A stretch of DNA of 64,000 nucleotides. It comes from an uncultured Chloroflexia bacterium. GTDB taxonomy: Bacteria > Chloroflexota > Limnocylindria > Limnocylindrales > CSP1-4. The stretch lies in assembly GCA_963757865.1 (NCBI GenBank), contig CAVWSU010000004.1, positions 23,474 through 87,473 on the forward strand. The letters run 5' to 3'. Below the pieces are notes generated by a model that saw only the letters and a list, made by a program, of their open reading frames with translations, was not told where the DNA came from and made no database searches. The position numbers were made by a program, and so were the translations under genes. This document shows positions 29,114-39,384 of the stretch, one piece after another. How positions within the stretch are numbered: position 1 is the first letter of the stretch; the number at the start of each line of letters is the position of its first letter.

Positions 29114-29190
29114 TGGGGTGGCCTACGGGACTTGAACCCGTAACCATCGGATCCACAATCCGATGCTCTGCCAATTGAGCTAAGGCCACC
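29114..29190 (-). tRNA. tRNA-His (anticodon GTG), with encoded G-1 and CCA
   Basis: GGTGGCCTTAGCTCAATTGGCAGAGCATCGGATTGTGGATCCGATGGTTACGGGTTCAAGTCCCGTAGGCCACCCCA. The cloverleaf folds by hand, the anticodon loop is TTGTGGA, and G-1 pairs with C73, the His hallmark. Confidence 0.95.
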
Positions 29191-29405
29191 ACGGGCGCGC
29201 AGCCGATCGGGGTCGTGCGGCAGGCGGCAGTATGGCATGAACGCGGTCGTCGCGTGGCGCCCGGCGTGGAATGACGGCGAGCGCCCGGAAGGACCCCGAG
29301 CCTCGCCCGGCCCGGATGCATGAGCCCGACTGGTACCCACGGCTGCGGGGATACCGGGACGTACGGGCGATAGGGCTGGGCACTGCCGGCCCCTAGCCTG
29401 CAGTC

Positions 29406-30390
29406 GTGATCTCACGTTCCGAACCCGCGCGCACCCGAGGATCGCTGCGCCGCAGGCTGGCGCGGTTCATGGTCATCCTGCTCGTGGCCTTCACGGCCGT
29501 CGGCTGGACGCTCGCCGTCCCGGGAGCCCAGGTTGCGCGCGCATGGAGTGCCGGCGCCTTCAGCTCGGCCGACGAGAGCCTCCTCTTCTCGCTGACGAAC
29601 CAGGCCCGGGCCGCGGCCGGTCTCGCCCCGCTGCGCTGGGACGCGCAGCTGGCGAGCATCGCGCGATGGCGCGTGCAGGACATGTCCACGCGCGACTACT
29701 TCTCGCACCAGATCCCGCCGCAGGGCTACTACGTCTTCTACTACATGGACCAGCGAGGCGTGTCGTACGTGCTCGCCGGCGAGAACATCGGCTGGGTCTC
29801 GAACATCGCCGACGACGCGGCAACCCCGTGGATCCAGCAGCAGTTCATGAACTCCCCGGAGCACCGCTCCAACATCCTGGGAAGCACGTGGGACGCCGCG
29901 GGAGTCGGGGCATACAAGGGCGCGGACGGCAAGTTCATGTACTGCGTGCTCTTCAAGGAGTCGAAGGCGGCGGCGACGCCACGGCCGACACCCACTCCGA
30001 CGCCCCGCCCGGTCGCCACGGCGAAGCCGAAGCCGACCGCGACGCCCAGGCCGACGACGAAGCCGACCGTGAGGCCGACGACGCGGCCCACGACGAAACC
30101 GGCGGCAACCCTCCGACCGACATCCGCGCCGACGCCGACACCGACGCCGGTCCTCACCCCGAGCCCGACGGCGACGCCGACACCCACGCCCGAGGCGACC
30201 CCGACGCCCGAGCCGACGACGGTCCCGTCCGCAGCAGAGCGCTCCGTCGCTCGCGCCGACCGAACCGGCGGCGTCGGCCGCGGCCAGCCCCGACGCGGCG
30301 ACCTCAAGCCAGCGGATCGTCGACGCGCCTGCGCCGGGACTCCTCGAGTCACTCATCGGCGGCCTGTTCGGACTCGTCAGCGGGTCGTAG
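29406..30390 (+). CDS. Secreted CAP/SCP (YkwD-like) domain protein with a Pro/Thr-rich linker and hydrophobic C-terminus; frameshift near 30240
   Basis: GTG 29406. Signal anchor [27 protein letters not shown] motifs [21 protein letters not shown] and [12 protein letters not shown] linker at about 29950-30235. After SAAE the given frame becomes Arg-rich junk and runs into the ABC gene. Frame 1 from 30241 reads [49 protein letters not shown] with stop at 30388-30390. Confidence 0.75.
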
Positions 30391-30476
30391 TCCGGCCGCC
30401 AGGCACCGGCTGCCGTCGCGCCGGTCCTGCACCGCCTGGTGTCGCACCGGCCCCGCGCCCCGGTACACTCCAACCC

Positions 30477-31229
30477 ATGCCGCCGATCCTCGAGGCGCGT
30501 GACCTCACCAAGACCTACCGCGCCGGCGACAGCGATGTCCGCGCGCTGCGCGGTGTCTCCCTGGCCGTGCAGCCCGGGGAGTTCGTCGCCCTCATGGGGC
30601 CGTCCGGCAGCGGGAAGACCACGCTGCTCCAGTTGCTCGGCGGACTGGACCGTCCCTCGTCCGGCGAGGTCGTCCTCGACGGGGTGACCATCTCGTCGCT
30701 GAACGACGACGCCGCCACCCGGCTTCGGCGCGAGAAGACCGGGTTCGTGTTCCAGGCGTTCAACCTGGTGCCGCTGCTCTCCGCGAGGGAGAACGTGGCG
30801 CTTCCGTTCCTGCTGGCGGGCGGCAACCCGCGCGACGGCGACGTGCGCTCGCGGGTGGACGAAGCGCTCCGGCTGGTGGAGCTCGACGCGAAGGCCGATC
30901 GCCGGCCGGACGAGCTCGCGTTCGGCGAGCAGCAGCGCGTGGCGATCGCCCGGGCCATCGCCGGCCGCCCCGCCATCCTGTTCGCCGACGAGCCGACCGG
31001 CAACCTCGACTACGCCACCGGCACGGAGATCCTGCAGTACCTCTTCCGCTCCTGCTCGGAGCGCGGGCAGACGGTGGTCCTCGTCACCCACGACGCGCAG
31101 GCGGGCGCATTTGCCGACCGGGTCCTGTTCCTGCGGGACGGCGGCGTCCTGGAGGAGATCACGCTCGGCCGCCGGACCGAGCATCCGGCTCGCCCGCTCA
31201 TCGAGCGGCTCGCGCTGCTCGGGCAGTAG
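30477..31229 (+). CDS. ABC transporter ATP-binding protein (MacB/LolD/FtsE-like)
   Basis: Walker [11 protein letters not shown]-loop FQAFNL, signature [12 protein letters not shown], Walker [14 protein letters not shown]-loop VTHD. Confidence 0.93.
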   Translation: MPPILEARDLTKTYRAGDSDVRALRGVSLAVQPGEFVALMGPSGSGKTTLLQLLGGLDRPSSGEVVLDGVTISSLNDDAATRLRREKTGFVFQAFNLVPLLSARENVALPFLLAGGNPRDGDVRSRVDEALRLVELDAKADRRPDELAFGEQQRVAIARAIAGRPAILFADEPTGNLDYATGTEILQYLFRSCSERGQTVVLVTHDAQAGAFADRVLFLRDGGVLEEITLGRRTEHPARPLIERLALLGQ

Positions 31230-31238
31230 GTCGCGGCG

Positions 31239-33831
31239 GTGCGAGGCCCCGCAGGGCTCGGCTGGCGGGCGCTCCGTCGGCGGCCGCTGCGGACCGCGCT
31301 CACCATCCTGGGCATCGCCATCGGGGTCGGGCTCGTGTTCGGCACGCTGTCCGTGGACGGCGCGGCGTCCAGCGGGGCGGCGGGCTACGCCGGGCAGCTC
31401 TCGGGTCGCGCCGACCTGGTCGTCCGGGCCTTCGGCGAGGGGACGCTCTCCGCCGGCACGCTGTCGGCGGTGGCGGACACCTCCGGCGTGCTGGAGACGT
31501 CGCCCCAGGTCCGCCGGCCCACGTTCGCCACGGGTTCGGGACAGGAGGCCGGATCGTCGTTCGGACCGGTCACGCTGGTGGGCGTCGATCCGGCCGTCGA
31601 CCGCGCGCTGCACGACGAAGCGCTTGCAGGAGGCGCCTTCCTCGCGGCAGGCGACGCGGACGGAGCGCTGGTCGCCGAGACCTGGGCCCGCGCCCATCGC
31701 CTCGCCGTGGGCTCGCCGGATCTCGCTCGTCGGAGGTGGCGGCCAGCGCACGTTCACCGTCCGCGGTCTGCTCGCCCCGTCCGGGCCCGCCCTGGCGGAC
31801 GGCGGCCGCGTCCTGTTCGTCACCATCGACGCGGCGCGAGGGCTCTTCGCGGTACCTGCAGGCGAAGCTGACCTCGTCGAGGTGCGCGTGGATCCGGCGG
31901 TGGGCGTGGCCACGGTCGAGACGCGCCTGGAGACGCGGCTCACGTCCCAGCCGTACGTGCTGTCGACCGCGTCCGACGATGCCGCCGCCCTCGGCGGTGC
32001 CACCCGGGACGTGGGGTCGGCCCTGCTGCTCGTGGCCGCGATCGTGCTGTTCGTCGGAGCGCTGCTCGTGTCCGATGCGCTCGCCATGTCGGTCGCCGAA
32101 CGGACGCGCGAGGTCGGCCTGCTCCGGTCGGCCGGCGCGACCCGCGGGCAGGTGCACCGGATGGTGCTCGCGGAGGCCCTGTGGCTCGGCGCCGCGGGCA
32201 CCCTGCTCGGAATCCTGTTCGGTGCCGTGTTCGCGGTCGGTCTCGCGCCCGTCGTCGCGTCGATCACGGGGGCGCCCGTGGCGGGAGTCGCGATCGACCC
32301 GACGGCGCTCGTCGTCTCGTGCCTTGTCGGCGTGCTCGTGACGCTGGCCTCGGCCCTGGAACCGGCGCGCCGGGCCGGTCGCGTCTCGCCTGTCGAGGCC
32401 CTTCGCCGCGGCCGGCCGTTCTCTCCGCCGGCGTCGGGAGCGCGACGCGCCGTGGTCGCCGGCGCCGTGGCCGCACTCGTCGGGGTGGCCGTGCTGGCCG
32501 GTGGAGGCTGGGCAGGCGCCGTGGCGACCACGGGGACCGGCGGCCAGGCAGGCTCACCGCTCGTTGCCGCCGTTCTGCCCGGGGCCGCCGCCGCCCTGGG
32601 CGCGTTCCTCCTCCTGCTCGTCACCGGGCTCGTGTCGCCCTTCGTGCTGCGCGCCGCGGGCGGCATCTTCGGGCTTGCGGCCACCCCGGTCCGGCGCGGT
32701 CTGGGCGCCGAGCTTCGTCTCGCGCGCGGCGCACTGGCGCACGACCCCGGCCGGATCGCGATCACGTTCGCCGCCCTGACGGTGGGCCTGGGCCTGGTGG
32801 TGGCCGTCTCCGGCGTGGCCGACGGCACCCGCCGTGCCGGGGAGGCCTGGATCTCGGACGTCGCCCCCGTCGACGAGGCCGTCGTGGCGATCTCGCCGGT
32901 GCCGGACGACTTCGCGACGGACATGGCCTCCGTGCCCGGCGTGGCATCCGTGACGCCGGTGCGGCTGTTCGACGTGGCCATCGCCGGTCGCCGCGCGTCG
33001 GCGGTCGCGGTGGATCCCGTCGCGTATGCGGCACTGGGGGCGCTCACGGTGGAGGGCGGCAGCCGGGATGCCGCGTTTGCCGCGCTCAGGGCCGGCGGTG
33101 CGGCACTGGTGCCCCAGTCCGTCGCCGACCGCTTCGGCCTGCGGCCGGGTGACCGGCTCGAGGTGCGCACGGCGCAGGGCGACGCGCGGCTCAGCGTGGC
33201 CGCCATCGTGGCGCACAGCCTCCCGGGCTCCGCCGGCGAGTCGGTCGTCGTCTCGCAGGCCGATGCCGCCCGCTCGCTCGGGATCGCCGGGGCGTCGATG
33301 TTCCTCGTTCGCGCCGCTCCCGGGGCGGCGCCCGGACTCGCCGCTCGCCTCTCGTCGGTGGCCGGCCGGTACGCCATGTCGGTCGTGGCTCCGTCGGCGG
33401 TCGGTGGCGCCGTGGGCGGAGCCCTCGACCGGACCTTCGGGCTCCTCGACCTCCTCGCGCTCGCCGCCGTGATCGTCGCGGCGCTCTGCATCGTGGACGT
33501 GCTGGCGATGGACGTCGGGCAACGGGTCGGGGAACTCGGTCTCCTGCGGGCGGCCGGCCTGACGCGCCGGCAGGCCTGGCGGTCCGTGGTGCTGGAGGCC
33601 GGGATCCTCGGGCTGGCCGGTGGAATCCTGGGCAGCATCGTGGGCGTCGTCGCGTCGGTCCTCGTGCTCGTGGGCGGCGGCACGGACGGGATCCGCTCGG
33701 CGCTCGATCTGCCATGGGCGGCCGTCGCGCTCGCCCTGGTCCTGGGGCTCGGAGGATCCATCCTGGCGGCCGCATATCCGGCGCGCCTGGCGTCGCGCGT
33801 CGAGATCGCGCGCGCCCTGCGGGCGGAGTGA
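31239..33831 (+). CDS. ABC transporter permease with duplicated FtsX domains (MacB-type); +1 frameshift at 31719
   Basis: GTG 31239 (frame 3) reads WRALRRRPLRTALTILGIAIGVGLVFG ... HRLAVGSP. Skipping G31719 continues it in frame 1 as ISLVGGGGQRTFTVRGLL. Two FtsX blocks follow (REVGLLRSAGATRGQV and GELGLLRAAGLTRRQA). Confidence 0.85.
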
Positions 33832-33835
33832 CCAT

Positions 33836-34816
33836 ATGCCGCCCCCTCTCAGGTTCGTGGCGCACGCCGGGGCGGGCCGTGGCGCGTTCGCCCGCCGGTG
33901 GCCGCCCATAGCCGCCGCGCTCTCGGCCCGGGGGCTCGAGCACACCGTCGACCTGACGTCGCGTCCCGGCGAGGCCGCGGACCTGGCCCGCAGGGCCGCC
34001 GACGAGGGAGCGCGGCTGGTGGTGGCCGTGGGAGGGGACGGCACGCTCCACGAGGTGGCGAACGGGCTGCTGGATCGTGCCGGGGAGGGCCATGAGACAC
34101 CGCTCGTCGGGCTCGTGTCGGCCGGGCGGGGCAGCGACTACGCCAGGGGCACGCGGATGCCGGTGGATGCCGGCGTCCTCGTCGAGCGGTTCGCCAGGGC
34201 ACTGGCGGGCGATGCCTCGGTCGTGCACGTCGTCGACGCCGGCCGGGTCCGCTACCGCCCGACGCACTGGGCGGGTGGCCGGGGTGTCGACGGGCCCGCC
34301 AGCGAGTCGACGAGCCGGTGGTTCGTCAACGCCGCCGGCATCGGCTTCAGCCCGTTCATCGCCCGGCGGGTGTCACGGTTCCCCGCCCGGCTGGGCGCCT
34401 ACCTGTACACCGTCGCCGGCGTCGTCACGATCGTGGACTGGCGCGACCGGCTGGTCGAGCTGGGCTGGGACGACCTCACGCGGGACCAGGTTCGCGTCGA
34501 ATTGGTCGAGGTGGCGATCGGCCCGTTCGAAGGGGGCGGCATGCGCGTCGCTCCGGGAGCCGATCCCTCGGACGGGGTCTTCGACGTCGTGACGGTGGGT
34601 GCGATCGACCGGCTCGAGACGCTGACCTTCGCCTGGAGGATCCGCACGGGCGATCACCTGCGCAGCCCCGCGGTCTCCGTGAGGCGGACCCGCTCGCTGA
34701 CGATCCGCGCCCTCGACGACGCGGGCCCGATTTACCTGCAGGCCGACGGGGAGCTGCTCGGGCGCGATCCGTTCGCCTTCGACATCGTCCCGTCCGCCCT
34801 GCGCGTCGTCTGGTAG
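33836..34816 (+). CDS. Diacylglycerol/lipid kinase family protein (YegS/DagK-like)
   Basis: ATG 33836, 4 nt after the permease stop. LVVAVGGDGTLHEVANGL and GLVSAGRGSDYAR. C-terminal YLQADGELLG. Confidence 0.88.
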   Translation: MPPPLRFVAHAGAGRGAFARRWPPIAAALSARGLEHTVDLTSRPGEAADLARRAADEGARLVVAVGGDGTLHEVANGLLDRAGEGHETPLVGLVSAGRGSDYARGTRMPVDAGVLVERFARALAGDASVVHVVDAGRVRYRPTHWAGGRGVDGPASESTSRWFVNAAGIGFSPFIARRVSRFPARLGAYLYTVAGVVTIVDWRDRLVELGWDDLTRDQVRVELVEVAIGPFEGGGMRVAPGADPSDGVFDVVTVGAIDRLETLTFAWRIRTGDHLRSPAVSVRRTRSLTIRALDDAGPIYLQADGELLGRDPFAFDIVPSALRVVW

Positions 34817-34825
34817 GCTTCGGCC

Positions 34826-35491
34826 ATGTTCGCCCAGCCCCGCATGCTCCGCGTCCCGCCGTACGAGCGCGGGATCACGCTCGGCGACTTCATCCTCCCC
34901 ATCCGGATCGGAGAACGGACTTCCGTCCGCCAGCACCACCTCGCCCTGGTCCTGCTCGGCGTGGTCGTCATGGCCGTCTCCGCCCAGATCGCCATCCCCA
35001 TCCCGGGGAGCCCGGTCCCGATCACCGGACAGACGTTCGGGGTACTGACCACGGCGACCGCGCTGGGGTTCCGCCGCGGCATCGCGTCGGTGGGGCTGTA
35101 CCTCCTGCTGGGGTTCTTCCTGCCGGTCTACGCGGCCGGCGCGTCCGGCTCGGCGCACATCCTCGCGTTGCAGGACGGGCACATCGTGCTCGGAGCCACC
35201 GGCGGATACCTGGTGGGGTTCCTGCTCGCGGCGGCCGTGGTCGGGCGCCTGGCCGAGCTCGGTTGGGATCGCCGGTACGCAGGAGCGCTCGCCGCGATGC
35301 TGCTCGGCAACGCGCTCGTGTACGCCGTGGGGCTGCCCTGGCTCGCGGCCGCGACCGGATTGTCCGCCAGCCAGGCAGTGGTCGAGGGCCTGTACCCGTT
35401 CCTGCTCGGCGACGCGATCAAGTTCGCGCTCGCGGCGGCGGTCTTCCCGCTCGGATGGTGGCTGGTGGGCCGCCGTCCCAGCGACCGCTGA
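34826..35491 (+). CDS. bioY: Biotin transporter BioY (ECF S-component type)
   Basis: SAQIAIPIPGSPVPITGQTFGVLTTATALG ... GATGGYLVGFLLAA ... LYPFLLGDAIKFALAAAV is the BioY family pattern. No ecfAT genes are adjacent. Confidence 0.88.
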   Translation: MFAQPRMLRVPPYERGITLGDFILPIRIGERTSVRQHHLALVLLGVVVMAVSAQIAIPIPGSPVPITGQTFGVLTTATALGFRRGIASVGLYLLLGFFLPVYAAGASGSAHILALQDGHIVLGATGGYLVGFLLAAAVVGRLAELGWDRRYAGALAAMLLGNALVYAVGLPWLAAATGLSASQAVVEGLYPFLLGDAIKFALAAAVFPLGWWLVGRRPSDR

Positions 35492-35594
35492 GAGGGCCCG
35501 AGATCCTCAGGACCCGCGTTACGGGGCCCGTCCGGAGCCCTGGTTCTGCCACTCCCTCACGAGCGTCCGCCGCGGCGGGTACCATACGGCGCGC

Positions 35595-35670
35595 GCGCCT
35601 GTAGCTCAGTGGATAGAGCGAGTGGCTTCGGACCACTAGGTCGCGGGTTCGAATCCTGCCGGGCGCGCCA
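35595..35670 (+). tRNA. tRNA-Arg (anticodon TCG)
   Basis: GCGCCTGTAGCTCAGTGGATAGAGCGAGTGGCTTCGGACCACTAGGTCGCGGGTTCGAATCCTGCCGGGCGCGCCA. The cloverleaf folds by hand, the anticodon loop is CTTCGGA, and CCA is encoded. Confidence 0.93.
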
Positions 35671-35708
35671 GAACCACGTAGTCGGGGAGCGCGACTGACC
35701 GGACTCCG

Positions 35709-36329
35709 TCAGAGGCCGGCGTCCTCGCGCAGCGTGCCGGTAAGGTCGATCGTACGCGGGGAGGGCGGGACCCCCGGACGTGCGGCCTCCCAGGGCACGG
35801 CCACGCCGTCGACCTCGAGCTCCTTGAAGGACGAGGCCAGCGTCCGGTTGACGAGGAGCGTCTCGATCTCGTCGCGCACGTCCTCGTCACCCCGCCGGTA
35901 GGAGATCGTGGCGTCGGTGAGCGGCACCCAGGCTGCGCGGCGAAGCGCAAGGTAGAGCGGGTCCGATGCCGGCGTGCCGTGCACGTGGCCCTCCACGTGG
36001 TACACGCCCAGCTCCACGGCCACGCGGGTGGTGTGCGTGCGCACGCGGCGCGCGACATCGCCGCGGGAGCCATAGGCGACCACGGCGTACAGCTCATCGC
36101 GGCCGACCTCGAGTTCCGGCACTTCCACGACGTGCCCGTCGTCAAGCGCCTCGAGTTGCGCGTCCGAGAGCTGCAGTTCCGGGTTCGCGTTGAGCGCATC
36201 GGTCAGGCGTCGGTCGCCCAGGTCGACGAGCCCGTGCAGGCGGCAGTCGGCGGCGTATGCGTCGAACTGGACGGGAACGCTGGCAGGGCTGTCCATGGCG
36301 GCATGGTCCCCGGTTGACCTTGCAATCAT
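35709..36329 (-). CDS. Hypothetical protein
   Basis: 206-aa ORF with coding-like composition (VQFDAYAADCRLHGLVDLGDRRLTDALN ... YHVEGHVHGTPASDPLYLALRRAAWVPLTDA). Alternative start at M12 (36296). No family recognised. Confidence 0.5.
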   Translation of the reverse strand: MIARSTGDHAAMDSPASVPVQFDAYAADCRLHGLVDLGDRRLTDALNANPELQLSDAQLEALDDGHVVEVPELEVGRDELYAVVAYGSRGDVARRVRTHTTRVAVELGVYHVEGHVHGTPASDPLYLALRRAAWVPLTDATISYRRGDEDVRDEIETLLVNRTLASSFKELEVDGVAVPWEAARPGVPPSPRTIDLTGTLREDAGL

Positions 36330-36448
36330 CCTTGCAGTTCCATCTCATCCGGCGGGTGGCCGGTGATCGCCGCCGCAGGCGCGATCCGTCGTGGCCCGAG
36401 GAATCGCGGCCGTTGCCCGGGCGTTCGCCGCGCCGGGGCCCCAGGCCG

Positions 36449-37645
36449 TCACGGCTCGAAGGCGACCGGCTCGGCCAGCGCGAACGAGAAGGGACGCAGG
36501 GCCAGGGTGCTGACCAGCACGATCGCGGCAAAGGCCGAGATCACGAGGAACCCGCTGCCGAATCCTCCGGAGACGTCGAGCAGCTGACCGACGAGCGGCG
36601 GCCCGATCACGGCGGTCAGGTTCCCCCCGAAACCGACGAACGCCTGCGCCGACGCCGGGCTGGCCGGCATGCTCGCGGCGGCCCCGTTGAACACGGCGGC
36701 ATACGGCATCCCGGCTCCGAGGCCGGTCGCGAGCAGCCCGAGGATCGCGATCTGCAGCGAGCCCGCGAAGGCCATGGTCGCGAGGCCACCTGCGGCCAGC
36801 GCCAGTCCGAGACGGATCAGCTGGATCGGCGGGATGCCGCGCTCGAGGATGATGCCCCCGCCCGAGCGGCCCGCGATGCCGAGCACCAGGACCAGGGACC
36901 CGAGCAGGCCGGCGTTCACGATCGACAGGCCGAATCCCTCGACGACGTACGTCACCACCCACGTGCCCAGGACCATCGCCAGGCCGAAGCCGCAGGTGTG
37001 ACAGAGGGCGAGGAGCCAGCTGTTGCGGGCGCGCAGCGCGGGCACGAGGCCGGAGCCGATGCCCGCCGCCCTGCCCAGCGGGGCCGGGCCCGCGGGCGCG
37101 AACCTCCACCACCCGACCAGGATCGTGACTGCCGCCAGCCCGGAGATCACGTAGGCACGCCGCCAGTCCCCGCCGGCGCCCGCCAGGATCGGCATGTAGA
37201 TCAGGGTGCTCGCCGATCCCGCGAGGAACGAGGCCCCGTACAGGCCCTGCGCCAGGTGCTGGCCGCGCGTCGCGAAGATCGCACGCGTGTAGCTCGCGCC
37301 GGCCGCGAAGGCGAAGCCGCCGCCCAGCCCGCCCACGAAACGCCACGCCAGGAGGGCTGGGTAGGTAGGAGCCAGCAGCCCGCAGCCGATGGTGCCGATG
37401 CACGTGACGGCGAATCCGGCGCTGACCGCTCCCCGCGCGCCGTACCGGTCGGCGAAGTCGCCGCCGAAGAGCATGAGCACCGCCGACCCGACGAAGAAGG
37501 CGGTCGCCATCGCGCCTGCGCTCGCGGCGTTGAGCGCGAACTCGTCGCTGATGAAGCCGAGCACCGGGCCGTGGTTGGTGTAGTTCGTCGAGACGGCGAA
37601 CGCCACGCCGCAGATCAGGAGCAGCGCGCGTCGCGCGTCAGTCAC
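36449..37645 (-). CDS. MFS transporter
   Basis: ORF 36449..38407 trimmed to GTG 37645 (VTDARRALLLICGVAFAV). 12-TM pattern with GDFADRYGARG loop motif. Lies downstream of the PLP decarboxylase on the same strand. Confidence 0.8.
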   Translation of the reverse strand: MTDARRALLLICGVAFAVSTNYTNHGPVLGFISDEFALNAASAGAMATAFFVGSAVLMLFGGDFADRYGARGAVSAGFAVTCIGTIGCGLLAPTYPALLAWRFVGGLGGGFAFAAGASYTRAIFATRGQHLAQGLYGASFLAGSASTLIYMPILAGAGGDWRRAYVISGLAAVTILVGWWRFAPAGPAPLGRAAGIGSGLVPALRARNSWLLALCHTCGFGLAMVLGTWVVTYVVEGFGLSIVNAGLLGSLVLVLGIAGRSGGGIILERGIPPIQLIRLGLALAAGGLATMAFAGSLQIAILGLLATGLGAGMPYAAVFNGAAASMPASPASAQAFVGFGGNLTAVIGPPLVGQLLDVSGGFGSGFLVISAFAAIVLVSTLALRPFSFALAEPVAFEP

Positions 37646-37716
37646 GGGCACCAGCGGACTGTACCCGGTCGGGATCGGCGCGGAAGTGGGTCCCGACAGC
37701 GGACGTCGCGGCTCCC

Positions 37717-39225
37717 TCACCGACCGGCGACCCGGTCGAAGCACCGCAGAATCGCCTCGACGGAGCGGTCCGCATCGGCCTCCGTCGTCGACCAGTTCAC
37801 CACCGAGATCCGCATCGCCGCCATGTCGTGCCAGGTCGTGCCCGACAGCCAGCACGTGCCGTCGCGCTGGACCGCGGCGATGACGTCCCGCGTGAGGCGG
37901 TCCGCGGCCGCCGGATCGTGCGCCGCCGGACCTCGCGCCGCCGCGGCGTCCTCCTCGGCACCCGCGCCGGCCGGCGTGAAGCGCACGAGGACCTGGTCGA
38001 GCACGACGTCGTTGAGGATCGTGACACCGGGATGCGCGCCCAGCCGGTCCGCCATCCGCGCCGCCAGGTCGCAGCAGCGCTCGACCATCTCGCCGACGCC
38101 TCGTCTGCCCAGTGCGCGCAGCGCGGCGTACACGGGCACGCCGCGGGCGCGACGCGAGAATTCCGGCGCCCAGTCCACGCCATCCCGATCGCCCGTGCCC
38201 TGCACCAGGTACGCGGCCGTGATCGACATCGCGGCACGGTGGGCGTCCGGATCGGCGCAGGCGACGAAGCCGCAGTCGTACGGGACGTTCAGCCACTTGT
38301 GGGCGTCGGTGGTCCAGGAGTCGGCCTGCTCGGCGCCGTCGAGGAGATGCGCGAAGCGAGGCGAGGTCGCGGCCCAGAGCCCGAACGCGCCGTCGACGTG
38401 GAGCCACGCGTCCGGACGGGCACGCACGATCCGCACGACGTCGCGCATGGGATCGAAGGCGCCCGTGTTCACGTTGCCGGCCTGCGCGCAGACGAGCACG
38501 GGCCCGTCGAGTCCGCCGAGGATCGAGGCAAGCTCACCAGCCCGCATGCGACCCTGCGCGTCCGTCGGGACGACGTGGACCCGCTCGCGCCCGAGGCCGA
38601 GGTACTGCAACGCCAGGTGGATCGTGGCGTGCGCCTCCGCGCCGACCACGACGTCGATCCGCGGTGCGCCGTAGAGGCCCTGCCGCTCGACGTCCCACCC
38701 CGACCGCGCCAGGAGGGCGTGCCGTCCCGCCGCCATGCCCGTGAAGTTCGCCATCATCGCCCCGGTGGTGAACCCGAAGCTGGCGGTCGCGGGCAGCCCG
38801 AGCAGGTCGAGCATCCAGCCGCCCGCCACCTCTTCGACGATCGAGAGGGCCGGCCCTCCGGCGAAGAGCCCGACGTTCTGGTCCCAGGTCGCGGTGAGCC
38901 AGTCGGCAGCAAGCGCGGCCGGATGGTGCCCGCCGATGACGAACCCGAAGTACCGCGGGCCGGCCATCGCGACGAGCCCGTCATCGACGGCACGGGCCAG
39001 GCGGTCGATCACTGCTTCGCCGGGCTCGCCCGTGTCCTCGAGTGGACCTCCGAGGGCGGCCCTCAGCGCCGCCGCGTCCGCGATCGCCCCGACCGGGCGC
39101 GAGGGGAGGCCATCCAGGAACTCGAGCGCAAGCTCGGTGGCCCGCTCCAAGGCAGGGCGCGTGCCCTCCGCGTCCGGGCGTGTCTCGTCCGCGTTCGGGT
39201 CGTCGTCGCGTGGCAGGCGGGCCAT
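37717..39225 (-). CDS. PLP-dependent group II decarboxylase-like enzyme (aspartate aminotransferase fold)
   Basis: PRYFGFVIGG, HATIHLALQYLG, WLHVDGAFG. PLP-lysine motif SWTTDAHKWLNVPYDCG. Confidence 0.88.
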   Translation of the reverse strand: MARLPRDDDPNADETRPDAEGTRPALERATELALEFLDGLPSRPVGAIADAAALRAALGGPLEDTGEPGEAVIDRLARAVDDGLVAMAGPRYFGFVIGGHHPAALAADWLTATWDQNVGLFAGGPALSIVEEVAGGWMLDLLGLPATASFGFTTGAMMANFTGMAAGRHALLARSGWDVERQGLYGAPRIDVVVGAEAHATIHLALQYLGLGRERVHVVPTDAQGRMRAGELASILGGLDGPVLVCAQAGNVNTGAFDPMRDVVRIVRARPDAWLHVDGAFGLWAATSPRFAHLLDGAEQADSWTTDAHKWLNVPYDCGFVACADPDAHRAAMSITAAYLVQGTGDRDGVDWAPEFSRRARGVPVYAALRALGRRGVGEMVERCCDLAARMADRLGAHPGVTILNDVVLDQVLVRFTPAGAGAEEDAAAARGPAAHDPAAADRLTRDVIAAVQRDGTCWLSGTTWHDMAAMRISVVNWSTTEADADRSVEAILRCFDRVAGR

Positions 39226-39384
39226 CTCGCTCCCCCTCTCGGTGCGGAAGCAGGCGACGCAGGGCCGGCGCGCCGTTCCGGAGCCGGAGTATCGCCCACG
39301 TGGCCTCCGAGGTCGAGGTTCAGGGGGACGCGGGCCGCCGTGGCCGCGACGAACGGGATGGGAGTGGCCCGCGGCAGGGTGTGC

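Noticed and set aside
28794-29143. Plus-strand ORFs of 102-113 aa and minus ORF 28799-29062, between the LAL regulator and tRNA-His
   Set aside because: Only the 33-residue AraC HTH remnant is meaningful. The rest lacks motifs and overlaps tRNA-His, so these are not treated as intact genes.
29412-33761. Largest ORF in the window (1449 aa, minus strand)
   Set aside because: It is exactly antisense to the CAP, ABC ATPase and FtsX permease genes. Its composition is dominated by Arg/Pro/Ala/Ser/Thr and it has no recognisable motif. This is a typical high-GC shadow ORF.
29114-35670. Integrated mobile element bounded by tRNA-His and tRNA-Arg
   Set aside because: No integrase, transposase, phage or conjugation genes lie in between. 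I saw no direct repeats of tRNA ends by eye. The content is ordinary envelope and transport genes. A systematic repeat search was not possible here.
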